In this document: piece after piece, positions 10,192-19,167 of the stretch | How positions within the stretch are numbered: position 1 is the first letter of the stretch | How the letters are laid out: every line of letters starts with the position of its first letter | DNA from: a virus | DNA length: 64,000 nucleotides | Reading direction: 5' to 3' (one strand) | Virus record (IMG/VR): IMGVR_UViG_3300042883_000874 | Span: 1-64,000 of that record | Made by a program: the position numbers and the translations under genes | Notes under the pieces: model-generated | Told to the model about the DNA's origin: nothing | What the model saw: only the letters and a program-made list of their open reading frames with translations | Databases searched by the model: none

Positions 10192-10839
10192 ATGAAAAAC
10201 TTAATATTTTTAATATTTGCAAGCAGCTTAATAATTAGTTGCAGTACTGAATCAACTAAGCTTCCTGAAAGAAGTGTACTAAGAATTCATAAAAGCAAAT
10301 TTGCATTTTGTGGAGCATCTGGTGCAGTACCAACAGGTAAGAAAATAATGATACAAGGTGTAGAGTATAATGAAGGTTGTGCTATTTGTCCTGTATTAGA
10401 AGGTCCTTCAATCTCTAACTTGGCTATGTATGGTTCAGGTGGAACATGGGGAGATTTTAATATTGAAAATAATTTTCAAACTCCTGATGGAACTAACACT
10501 ACAGTTTGGTCTTTGTTTTGGTATTATGATTCAACTACAGTAATTCCACAGTTTAACCCTGAATCAAAATCTTGGGAATTATTATCACCAGTAAACCGTA
10601 AGTTTACTATTGACATGAGTCATCCTGAAACTAGTGAAAGTAATATGTTTGGAATGCCTGGAATTATATTTGATACAACTTCAACAGGTATCATTCTTGC
10701 TAAAGTATATGGTCCATTAAATGAAGATGCTCTTCCATTAAGAATTGCTATCCCAGTTAAAAATGGAGAAACTTCAATTACTGCAGCTAAGAAAGGTGCA
10801 CCCTATCCTGTAGGAACACCAATACCAACAAAAAACTAA
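10192..10839 (+). CDS. Putative lipoprotein
   Basis: MKNLIFLIFASSLIISC: basic N-terminus, hydrophobic core, lipobox-like Cys17. Confidence 0.7.
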   Translation: MKNLIFLIFASSLIISCSTESTKLPERSVLRIHKSKFAFCGASGAVPTGKKIMIQGVEYNEGCAICPVLEGPSISNLAMYGSGGTWGDFNIENNFQTPDGTNTTVWSLFWYYDSTTVIPQFNPESKSWELLSPVNRKFTIDMSHPETSESNMFGMPGIIFDTTSTGIILAKVYGPLNEDALPLRIAIPVKNGETSITAAKKGAPYPVGTPIPTKN

Positions 10840-10845
10840 GAAACA

Positions 10846-10995
10846 ATGGCTAAGCAAATGATCAAAAGAAAAGATGGTAGTACTTCACAAAGAGGTTTGT
10901 GGGATAATATCAGAGCTAATAAAGGATCAGGAAAAGCTCCTAGTAAGGAGATGCTTAAACAAGAAAAAAAGATTAAATCTAAAACTAAGAAATAA
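10846..10995 (+). CDS. 49-aa basic protein (not in ORF track)
   Basis: MAKQMIKRKDGSTSQRGLWDNIRANKGSGKAPSKEMLKQEKKIKSKTKK*. Stop overlaps the next ATG. Confidence 0.75.
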   Translation: MAKQMIKRKDGSTSQRGLWDNIRANKGSGKAPSKEMLKQEKKIKSKTKK

Positions 10996-11246
10996 TGGCA
11001 AAGAGTCCAGCTTGGCAAAGAAAAGAAGGTAAGGCTCCTAGTGGAGGTCTTAATGCAAAAGGAAGAGCTTCTTATAATAAAGCTAATCCAGGATCAAACC
11101 TTAAAGCTCCTCAACCAGAAGGAGGTTCTAGAAAAGATTCTTTTTGTGCAAGGATGAAAGGTATGAAGAAAAAATTAACTAGTGCAAAGACTGCTAATGA
11201 TCCTGATTCAAGAATCAATAAGTCTTTGAGAAAATGGAAATGTTAA
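10995..11246 (+). CDS. Small basic phage protein, DUF6321-like
   Basis: AWQRKEGK..GGLNAKGRASY...RKDSFCARM...SLRKWKC pattern, recognised from memory of the family. Confidence 0.7.
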   Translation: MAKSPAWQRKEGKAPSGGLNAKGRASYNKANPGSNLKAPQPEGGSRKDSFCARMKGMKKKLTSAKTANDPDSRINKSLRKWKC

Positions 11247-11256
11247 AATAAAAACT

Positions 11257-11427
11257 ATGAAAAAATCAGCAAGTGTAAAAGGAAAGTCTGTCTTATCTAC
11301 TGATAAGAAGATGATTGGCATCTACAATAAAAATGTAGAAGACAATAATAAAAAAAAGAAACAACCTAGAGTTGAAGTAATGCAAGAATTTTTTAACCCA
11401 AAAGCTAAGGCTAAAAAGAAAAAATAA
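11257..11427 (+). CDS. 56-aa basic protein (not in ORF track)
   Basis: MKKSASVKGKSVLSTDKKMIGIYNKNVEDNNKKKKQPRVEVMQEFFNPKAKAKKKK*. Confidence 0.7.
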   Translation: MKKSASVKGKSVLSTDKKMIGIYNKNVEDNNKKKKQPRVEVMQEFFNPKAKAKKKK

Positions 11428-11428
11428 C

Positions 11429-11689
11429 ATGAAAAAGAAATTAGCAAAAAAACAAATAGGTGGTCCTACAAAAGATAGTACAGCTATTTATAGAAAAGAA
11501 ATGAGTGATGCTTATACATCTGCAGCAATGAATATGACTAATCCAAAACAAAGAGATTCTGCATTTGCAAGAGCTGAAAAAGCAGGTAAAGATATGGATA
11601 GACAATCAAAAAAAGGTAAACCAGGTTATGATGCTACAGGATTTCCTAAAAAGAAAACAGGTGGTGCAATAAAAACTAAGAAAAAATAA
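11429..11689 (+). CDS. Small Lys-rich protein with xxxGG motifs
   Basis: 86 aa with KQIGG near the N-terminus and KKTGG near the C-terminus. Confidence 0.72.
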   Translation: MKKKLAKKQIGGPTKDSTAIYRKEMSDAYTSAAMNMTNPKQRDSAFARAEKAGKDMDRQSKKGKPGYDATGFPKKKTGGAIKTKKK

Positions 11690-11695
11690 TAGTAA

Positions 11696-12202
11696 ATGTT
11701 AAATTCAACTATTCTCATAAGTGATAAAATACAAACTGCTCCTAAAAAAAGCAGATCTTTGGAATGGTATCATAAAAATAAAGAGAAAGTTGCTGCTTAT
11801 AAAAAAGCTCATTATAAAGCTAATATAAGTATATATAAAGAAAGAGCTGTGAAGTTTGGTAAAAGTGAAACCAGAAAACAATATTTAATTGATAATAAAG
11901 AAAAGACAAGAGATTATAATAAAGAAAGATGGTTAAAACTAAAAGAAACTAAGCCTCATTTAAAAGCAATATATAACATAACATTAGAAAAATATAATGA
12001 AATGTTTATAAAACAAAAAGAATGTTGTTTAGGTTGTAACCAACATAGATCTTTATTAAAAAGAGATTTATGTGTAGACCATTGTCATGTAACAGGAAAA
12101 ATAAGAGGCTTGCTTTGTGATAGCTGTAATAAAGCTTTAGGATTAATTAAAGATGATAAAAATATATTATTAAACCTTATAACTTATTTAAACAATGCTT
12201 AA
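11696..12202 (+). mobile_element. Free-standing endonuclease VII-like HNH homing endonuclease gene
   Basis: CLGC...VDHCHVTGKIRGLLCDSCNKALG motif. Basic helical N-terminus. First 8 aa duplicate those of the downstream gene. Confidence 0.88.
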
Positions 12203-12899
12203 TTCAACCATATTAATAAAAGTGAAACAGAGGTTGAACAAGTTGGCCTCAAACGATTATGACAACATAGAAGCTTGGCAAATTATTGAAGCTTTTAATA
12301 AGGGTCAAGTTGATTGGTGCCGGAGAAATCTTCATGGTACTAATATAACTAAAGAAGGTGATGAACAGTCTACTAGAAGAATAGATGATTTGCAAATATT
12401 ATTGGGTTCAACATTGTTAACTCTTAACAACAAGCAAACCTATTATGAGAGTACTAACTTTCCTACTAATTACTTACAGTGGAAAAGAGTCTCTGTTAAA
12501 GCTGCTCAAAACTGTTGTCCTACTCCAAAAATTATGGTTGTATATCTAGGTGAAGTTGCCAATGTGGATGAACTTCTTAGAGATAAGAATAAGCAACCAA
12601 GCTATGAGTGGGGTGAAACTTTTGCAACTGTTTCTAATAATCAAGTTCAGTTATATACTAATAACTTATTTGACATAACTGAATCAAGATTGCATTACTA
12701 CAGACAACCAACTTATATTCAAATTGCAGGAGTAGCTAATCCTTATACAGGAATAACTTCTACTGTTGATGTACCATCTGAATTTAAAGATGATTTAGTG
12801 GAACTATTTGTAGATGAAGCAGTTAAGATATTAGCTGGAGATATTGAATCTATGAACCAGTATCAAAGAATGACTCAAGCAGTAGAAAATAATAATTAA
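12195..12899 (+). CDS. Tail/neck ring protein (crAssphage gene 74 position)
   Basis: 234 aa. N-terminal helices (LNKLASNDY...AFNKGQ), YYRQP, and C-terminal ELFVDEAV helix fit a ring/adaptor protein. Synteny. Confidence 0.6.
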   Translation: MLNSTILIKVKQRLNKLASNDYDNIEAWQIIEAFNKGQVDWCRRNLHGTNITKEGDEQSTRRIDDLQILLGSTLLTLNNKQTYYESTNFPTNYLQWKRVSVKAAQNCCPTPKIMVVYLGEVANVDELLRDKNKQPSYEWGETFATVSNNQVQLYTNNLFDITESRLHYYRQPTYIQIAGVANPYTGITSTVDVPSEFKDDLVELFVDEAVKILAGDIESMNQYQRMTQAVENNN

Positions 12900-12916
12900 A
12901 ATATAAAAAAGAAATA

Positions 12917-13372
12917 ATGGAAGAGAAATCAAGATTTTTAAAAAGAGAAAGTGGGCCAGCTACAAAAAGCTACAGTGCACCTTCTACAGGATCATTAGAT
13001 TCTATGGTATCAGCTTGTGTATCTGAGTTAATGAATGCTGGAACAGCTATTCATAAGTTACACTTAAAGATAACAGGATCAGGATCTTATGCTGCTCACA
13101 AAGCACTTAATGAATTGTATGATGCATTACCTGGACATGCTGATGATTTAGCTGAAGGATTCCAAGGAGCTTCAGAAAAGTTACTTAGTTATACTGAAGT
13201 AGCACCTAAAACATTAAACAGTGTAGCAGAAGCAATTGATTATTTAAAAGACATGACTAAGATGGTAGATGGCTTACAAGCTAAAATGCCTTATTCTGAA
13301 ATTGTAAATGACTTAGATACTATCAAGTCTACAATAAACTCAGGTAAGTATAAATTACTTTTCTTAAAATAA
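12917..13372 (+). CDS. Ferritin/Dps-like protein (DUF5856-like)
   Basis: HKLHL...SYAAHKALNELYD...DDLAE four-helix ferroxidase-type pattern. Confidence 0.8.
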   Translation: MEEKSRFLKRESGPATKSYSAPSTGSLDSMVSACVSELMNAGTAIHKLHLKITGSGSYAAHKALNELYDALPGHADDLAEGFQGASEKLLSYTEVAPKTLNSVAEAIDYLKDMTKMVDGLQAKMPYSEIVNDLDTIKSTINSGKYKLLFLK

Positions 13373-13443
13373 ATTTGTATAATCAAAAATAATTACATAT
13401 ATTAGTATCATCTATTTATTTATAAACTTAAAACAAAAACAAA

Positions 13444-15063
13444 ATGGCTTATTTTAATCACGCGTTTACCAAGATGTTCTTAGGAACAGGTACAACAAGA
13501 ACTGCTCCCTCTACAGGAGCTCCAATTAGTGTTACAAATCCTGCTTCAACAGGTGGATTTATCACTACAACAGGTACAACTACAGCTACATTATCAACAT
13601 TAGCTCCGGGGTACTTTGGATTTTTTGATAAGAACTATCAATCAATTAACCCAACTTTAACTACTTATGGATGTTGTCCATTAATCTTAGCTAGTTCTTC
13701 TTTATTAGCTAATGACAAAATTGGTCCTTTTCATGGTGGTTACAAAGAGACTAACAAGTCTAAAACAATTAACCCTAAGTATGTACAACGTGCATACAAA
13801 GTAACTACTTGTGTACCTCAACAAACTGTAGTTTCTGTAGGTAACACTCCACAAACTGGTTCTGGTACTGCTAGTATTGGTACTTTTGTTGCAGGTACTG
13901 CCGCTTCATGGCCTATCACAGGTTCTATTTATACAATTATAGTTCCTGTTACAGGTGGTACTGGAGCTGGAGCAATGTTATCAGTAACTGTTAGTGCTTT
14001 AGGTACTGCAACAGCAGCTGTTCTTTCTCAAGCTGGTACTGGTTACACTATCGGTGATATATTAACTGCTGTAGGTGGTGCTGCTGATACAACTGTAACT
14101 GTAGTAACTGTTGCTGTAACAAATTCTAATAATTTCCAAGGTGGTACAACTGATGCAACTTGTTGTTTTGAATTTTTATGTGGTGAAACTTACTACTTAA
14201 GAATTGATGTTAAAGGTTCTCCAGTATTACGTGTACTTAACCATAATGCTTACCAAACATTATCTGCTTATACAGGATGTTGTTCAGGTGTAGTTCCGAC
14301 TGCAGTTGATTCAACTTTAGTAATGATTGAATGGGCTAAAGCTTTAGTAATCAACAACTACTTAAATGGATTTGTTGCTCCAGTTGTATTTGATGAATTA
14401 GGTGTTGCTTGGTATGCTCCAGGAACTACTGTATCATTAGATGGTCTTTCAACTCCAGTTCTTTCTACTCAATGGTGGGATGCTTATATATCTCCAGGTC
14501 ATGGAGTAGGTTTATGTGCAGGTTTACGTTTATTTGGTGCTTTTGTAGAGACTAAATTTGGTAACTGTTCTTTCCAAGTAACTGACTTCTTTGAAAAAGA
14601 ACCAATTAAGGTTTATGCTTCAATGGTTGATTACACAGGAGATCCATGTGTATTTGAAGGAATTTGTGTTTACACAGATTGTTTAGGATTACAAGGAATG
14701 GGCTTTGGTGAGCAAGTAGTAAGAGATTTAATTAAAGCTGAATCTTACTTACAAAACTTCTTCCACTCTGATATCAGAATTAGAGAGATCACTCAAGGTT
14801 TTGACATCTTGAACTCTGTTAACAGAAATGCATTATATACAAGATACTTCTTGTTACATAGTGTACCAAGATTTAACAACCCAACAGGTGTATTTGACAA
14901 TGACCGTTACTTACTAGAGATAGTAGTACCAGAAGCTAATCCATTAGTTCCAGTAGGAAATACTGCTTTAGATTCTTTCTTAGGTTACTGGTTAGATTCT
15001 TGTGTTGATTGTGTTACATTAGAAACTGAAGGCTGTACTTATTGTACTGTTGTTCCTGATTAA
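13444..15063 (+). CDS. Structural protein, probable auxiliary capsid protein (crAssphage gene 73 position)
   Basis: 539 aa, Thr/Gly-rich beta protein with CGETYYLRI segment. Followed by a strong terminator, which suggests high expression. Confidence 0.55.
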   Translation: MAYFNHAFTKMFLGTGTTRTAPSTGAPISVTNPASTGGFITTTGTTTATLSTLAPGYFGFFDKNYQSINPTLTTYGCCPLILASSSLLANDKIGPFHGGYKETNKSKTINPKYVQRAYKVTTCVPQQTVVSVGNTPQTGSGTASIGTFVAGTAASWPITGSIYTIIVPVTGGTGAGAMLSVTVSALGTATAAVLSQAGTGYTIGDILTAVGGAADTTVTVVTVAVTNSNNFQGGTTDATCCFEFLCGETYYLRIDVKGSPVLRVLNHNAYQTLSAYTGCCSGVVPTAVDSTLVMIEWAKALVINNYLNGFVAPVVFDELGVAWYAPGTTVSLDGLSTPVLSTQWWDAYISPGHGVGLCAGLRLFGAFVETKFGNCSFQVTDFFEKEPIKVYASMVDYTGDPCVFEGICVYTDCLGLQGMGFGEQVVRDLIKAESYLQNFFHSDIRIREITQGFDILNSVNRNALYTRYFLLHSVPRFNNPTGVFDNDRYLLEIVVPEANPLVPVGNTALDSFLGYWLDSCVDCVTLETEGCTYCTVVPD

Positions 15064-15083
15064 TAATTAACTTTTAATAAAAG

Positions 15084-15116
15084 AGGGAAGGAGATTAACT
15101 TCTTCCCTTTTTTTTT
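15084..15116 (+). terminator. Rho-independent terminator
   Basis: agggaaggag-attaa-cttcttccct followed by a T-run. Confidence 0.85.
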
Positions 15117-15125
15117 GTATATTTG
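15113..15125 (+). promoter_or_regulatory. Promoter motif TTTTGTATATTT(G)
   Basis: One of four exact intergenic copies. Contains the Bacteroidota -7 element TAnnTTTG. Confidence 0.7.
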
Positions 15126-15139
15126 TAATATAAAAAATT

Positions 15140-15703
15140 ATGTCAAAACATATTCTAAGTTTAGAAATACCTGATACAATGAACAAATGTATACTAAGAG
15201 TAGTAGACACAAGTGTCTATGCTACTGGTATTCCTGTTACATGTCCACTATTACAAATTACAGCTCCAGGATTTATGCATCCTGTGAATTTTTCTACACC
15301 TTCGGTAGCTCCTGGGTTTAGCTTAAATATAACTGCTTGTGATTTAGAATTACAAACATCTGATTGTGGTACAACTTTTTATAATGTTCCTGATGGAATA
15401 TATATTATAAAATACAGTGTTGAGCCTAAGGATCTTGTATATGTTGAATATAATCACTTGCGTATTACTTGTGCTAATGATAAAGTTAAGGCTATTTATT
15501 GTGACTTACAGCTAGGAGCATGTGATCCTCCAGCAAATATTAAAGATAAATTAAATCAAATAAGATTAATACAACAGTACTTATTAGCTGCTAAAGCTTA
15601 TGTAGAAGATTGTAGAGATCCAAATAGAGGAATGGAATTATATAGATATGCTGTCAAATTATTAGATAAGATGTCTTGTGGTTCTTCCTGTAAAACCTGT
15701 TAA
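15140..15703 (+). CDS. Cys-containing structural protein (possible fibre hub)
   Basis: 187 aa. PDGIYIIKYSV Ig-like strand followed by a helical C-terminus. Confidence 0.55.
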   Translation: MSKHILSLEIPDTMNKCILRVVDTSVYATGIPVTCPLLQITAPGFMHPVNFSTPSVAPGFSLNITACDLELQTSDCGTTFYNVPDGIYIIKYSVEPKDLVYVEYNHLRITCANDKVKAIYCDLQLGACDPPANIKDKLNQIRLIQQYLLAAKAYVEDCRDPNRGMELYRYAVKLLDKMSCGSSCKTC

Positions 15704-15721
15704 ACTAAAAATAAACCAACT

Positions 15722-15907
15722 ATGAACTGTTTAAATTGTGGAAATAAATTATCATGTGGCTGTCAAAAAAGAGTAGCTACTGATGGTAAAAATACATGCA
15801 GCACTTGTTTAGCTGCATATGAAATTAAATTAAAAGCTGCTAAGTTAGCAGGGACTACTGTACCTAATGCAATACCAAATAAAAATATAATATATCAAAA
15901 GCCATAG
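15722..15907 (+). CDS. Small Cys-rich (Zn-binding-like) protein
   Basis: CLNC...SCGC...CSTC. AAACCAAC motif immediately upstream. Confidence 0.7.
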   Translation: MNCLNCGNKLSCGCQKRVATDGKNTCSTCLAAYEIKLKAAKLAGTTVPNAIPNKNIIYQKP

Positions 15908-15928
15908 TAACTACTAAAACATATACAA

Positions 15929-18900
15929 ATGCCCATTTATTATAAATTAACTGCATGTGCTCCTTCTACAAGTATATTGTATACAGATACTAATTTATCT
16001 ACAAGTGCTAGTATTATATTTTATAATGGGATATGTTGGAGTAGAGAACTGGTTCCTTCTCCCCTTTCACCAATAGTTACTATTGCATTACCTGTATTAG
16101 GTTGTAAAGGATGTTTAGCCCCCAATTTTTCTTGTTTTACTTTAACTAATTGTGATGCTACAATAAGTGTAAATGTAATAACTAATTTAATAACTTATAT
16201 TGGATCAACTATTTCAGTAACTGAATATCCTGGAGAATGCTTTACAGTAGTAGGTAATACAGATATTTTTTTATGCACTGATACAATTGAAGTTACTGGT
16301 ATGACACCATGTAGTTGTACACCAGGTTGTGGTTGTCCAGATGGTTATGTGTTATTACCTGATGGTGTAACTTGTCAACAAATATTAACTGTTGCAGCTA
16401 CAGCTACTCCTACTATATATCAAGTTGGGCCAGGGGAAGTTTCAGTATCAGCCGGAACTTATGGTGCTAATATATATGAAGATATAACAGCAAAAACTCT
16501 TCCTATTGCTCAAGTAGGTTCTGCTCTTTATGATAATAATGGTGCAGGAACAATACTTACTGCTACAAATCAGTTTCCATTTCCTAGTTTTTATCCTTTA
16601 TGGCAACAAAGATTAATTGATGTTGCTGTATGGACAACAGCTGGCGGTTGGGCTCCTTATAATCAATGGATAGGTTTTAGTGTTTGTGTGATAGTACCTG
16701 AAACAAAAACTTATTGTATAGGTCTTGCTGCTGATAACAGAATGAGATTTAGTGTTAATGGTGTATTAAATGTTACATTTGATGCAGGTACTTCTTTTTC
16801 ATTTACTGTATGGCATATTGTACCACTTACTTTAAATGCTGGAACAAACATAATAACTCTTGAAGGTTATAATGATGGTCTTTTTGCAGGATTTGGAGCA
16901 GAAATATATAATGCTACACCAACTGAAATACTAGCTGTTAATACTCAATTTGATTTACTACCTTATATTGTATTTAGTACTAAAAATTTATTACCACCTA
17001 ATCCTGTATCTTTCTTTGATGTAGGTCAAACAAGTGGTTATACATGTCCTCCAGGTTATTTATTGTCTACATGTGATGGTATTGTTTGTACACAAACTAC
17101 ACAAGTTCCAGGATTACCTTGTTGTTATTTATTAGAAGATTGTGAGTCAGGAGCAAATTATATTGTTAGTACAGATTTATCAGATTATATTGGTTTAACT
17201 GTAAACCTTAATGAAATACCAGGTTGTTTATTAGTAGTAGATGTATCTCTTAGCTGTGCTGGAGCTTTAGAAGTAACAGTAATTCAATCTTTTTCTAATT
17301 GTACAACATGTGCAGCTTCAGTACCTCCTTGTTATTTATTAACAGATGAGTGTACAGACAGTGGAATATCTTTTGTAGTAAGTAATGATTTAAGTTTATC
17401 ATTAGGTCAAATAATAAAAGTCTGTCCTAGTGACTTACCTGATCCTACCCCTACAGGTATTAACACAGGAGTACCAATTGATATAATAATTGGAGATCCT
17501 GGTATATCTCAATACAATCTTACAAACTGTTGTGATCCTTTAAATATTCTTATTGTAGCAAATACATTAGAAGCTTATATAGATCAAATAATTACTTTAC
17601 CTATATTAGGTAATAATTGTTGGACAGTTACAAAATTTACAACTGTTGGAACATCAATGGGTCTTCTTGACTTAACTGGTGGTTATGTTTATGATAACTG
17701 TGGACCATGTATGGATGTTTTTCCATGTGGTGTAATCATAATACCTGAATTACTAGACTGTGTATGTTTTACAATATCAGAAGCTACATCATGTGATGGA
17801 TCTATTGAACTTGTAACATTAGGTCCTATTACAGCAACATGTCTTACTTGTTTACCACCACCTCCAACATGTTATTTGTTAACTGACTGTCAAGATATAG
17901 TTGATCCATTTATTGTATGTGGTAATGATTTAGATATATATCTTGATTTAGTAATTAAGATTGAAGGCTGTGGAGACACATGTTGGTTGGTTACTTTATC
18001 TGATACTTGTGATAATAGTATCTGTCTTAATGGACTTATTACAGAATTTGAAACTTGTTTAGATTGTTTACCTGTACCACCAATTCCAGATCCTTTAGTT
18101 TTACATTCAAGAAGAATTAAACCAGGATACTTTAGTACTAACTCATGTCTTACTACTGAGTATATTGAAAGAGTAAACTGTACTTTTGCATTAGAAGTTT
18201 ATAATCAAATGATTATAAAAAGATATGGTGTTACTGTATGTTGTGATAATGATCTTGATCAATGGTCTATTAAAAAACAAGGTCTAGACTTTGAACTATT
18301 AACAGATCCGGCTTTATGTAAATCTACAATATGTACTTGTAAAAAACCTTGTTTAGTTAGTGCTACATTTATATTAGGTGCAACTTGTTATCCACCAATC
18401 ATTACTTCATCTTATATAGACTCGCTTTGTGGAGCTCCTGTATTTGTTAGTGGAGAAATAGTTGTTGAAGTAACTCCTGTTGACTGTAACTGTTATTCAG
18501 TAGCTGCACCAATATCTCCAATTACTATTGTTTATATAGATTGTTGTTGTAAATTACAAACAAGTACTATAACAGATGCAGTACAATTCTGTGCTTTATT
18601 TCCTCCTGTTAATTATGATGTAGAGCCTTTAGTAATTTCTGCTACTGGAACTTGTGGTGATGAAACTTGTGATCCTCCATTTCCTCCACCACCATTACCT
18701 ACACCTTGTTATTGTTATTCATTATATAATAATCAAGCAGCAACAGGAACATATTCAACATCAATTGACTGTTATGGAAATGCAATTAGAATTAGTCCAA
18801 TTCGTAATAGAACTTTGTACCTTCTTTGCTCTAGAACAATGCCTATTGTAAGTAACTTAAATATAGATGTTGCTCTTGTAGGAAACTGTGCTGATATACC

Positions 18901-19117
18901 ATGTATAAGTAATGTTGCTTGTAGATGTGTAAATATTGAATTAATAGGAGGTTCTGGAACATTTGACATTGCTTATAAAAATTGTAATGGAGATATAATT
19001 AATGTAACTGTTACAGATTTTGTAACTGTATGTGCAATTGGTACACCTTGGGCTACTAGTGTTGCTCCTTTTCCAATTTATTATACATTTAGCAGCAGTT
19101 GTGAATGTTTACCTTAA
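15929..19117 (+). CDS. Large Cys-rich repeat protein, putative tail fibre/adhesin with PA14-like domain
   Basis: 1062 aa, roughly 78 Cys by hand count. Repeated CYLLxDC...CxxC modules. AADN...LNAGTNIITLEGYN beta-sandwich. Confidence 0.65.
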   Translation: MPIYYKLTACAPSTSILYTDTNLSTSASIIFYNGICWSRELVPSPLSPIVTIALPVLGCKGCLAPNFSCFTLTNCDATISVNVITNLITYIGSTISVTEYPGECFTVVGNTDIFLCTDTIEVTGMTPCSCTPGCGCPDGYVLLPDGVTCQQILTVAATATPTIYQVGPGEVSVSAGTYGANIYEDITAKTLPIAQVGSALYDNNGAGTILTATNQFPFPSFYPLWQQRLIDVAVWTTAGGWAPYNQWIGFSVCVIVPETKTYCIGLAADNRMRFSVNGVLNVTFDAGTSFSFTVWHIVPLTLNAGTNIITLEGYNDGLFAGFGAEIYNATPTEILAVNTQFDLLPYIVFSTKNLLPPNPVSFFDVGQTSGYTCPPGYLLSTCDGIVCTQTTQVPGLPCCYLLEDCESGANYIVSTDLSDYIGLTVNLNEIPGCLLVVDVSLSCAGALEVTVIQSFSNCTTCAASVPPCYLLTDECTDSGISFVVSNDLSLSLGQIIKVCPSDLPDPTPTGINTGVPIDIIIGDPGISQYNLTNCCDPLNILIVANTLEAYIDQIITLPILGNNCWTVTKFTTVGTSMGLLDLTGGYVYDNCGPCMDVFPCGVIIIPELLDCVCFTISEATSCDGSIELVTLGPITATCLTCLPPPPTCYLLTDCQDIVDPFIVCGNDLDIYLDLVIKIEGCGDTCWLVTLSDTCDNSICLNGLITEFETCLDCLPVPPIPDPLVLHSRRIKPGYFSTNSCLTTEYIERVNCTFALEVYNQMIIKRYGVTVCCDNDLDQWSIKKQGLDFELLTDPALCKSTICTCKKPCLVSATFILGATCYPPIITSSYIDSLCGAPVFVSGEIVVEVTPVDCNCYSVAAPISPITIVYIDCCCKLQTSTITDAVQFCALFPPVNYDVEPLVISATGTCGDETCDPPFPPPPLPTPCYCYSLYNNQAATGTYSTSIDCYGNAIRISPIRNRTLYLLCSRTMPIVSNLNIDVALVGNCADIPCISNVACRCVNIELIGGSGTFDIAYKNCNGDIINVTVTDFVTVCAIGTPWATSVAPFPIYYTFSSSCECLP

Positions 19118-19167
19118 AAGATTGCAAATAAGAAATAATTTATGTATATTAACTATAAAATAACAAT

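Noticed and set aside
5530-13440. TATAAACTWAAA before the MCP, 194-aa and 539-aa genes
   Set aside because: Cannot be distinguished from generic A-rich Bacteroidota translation leaders without statistics.
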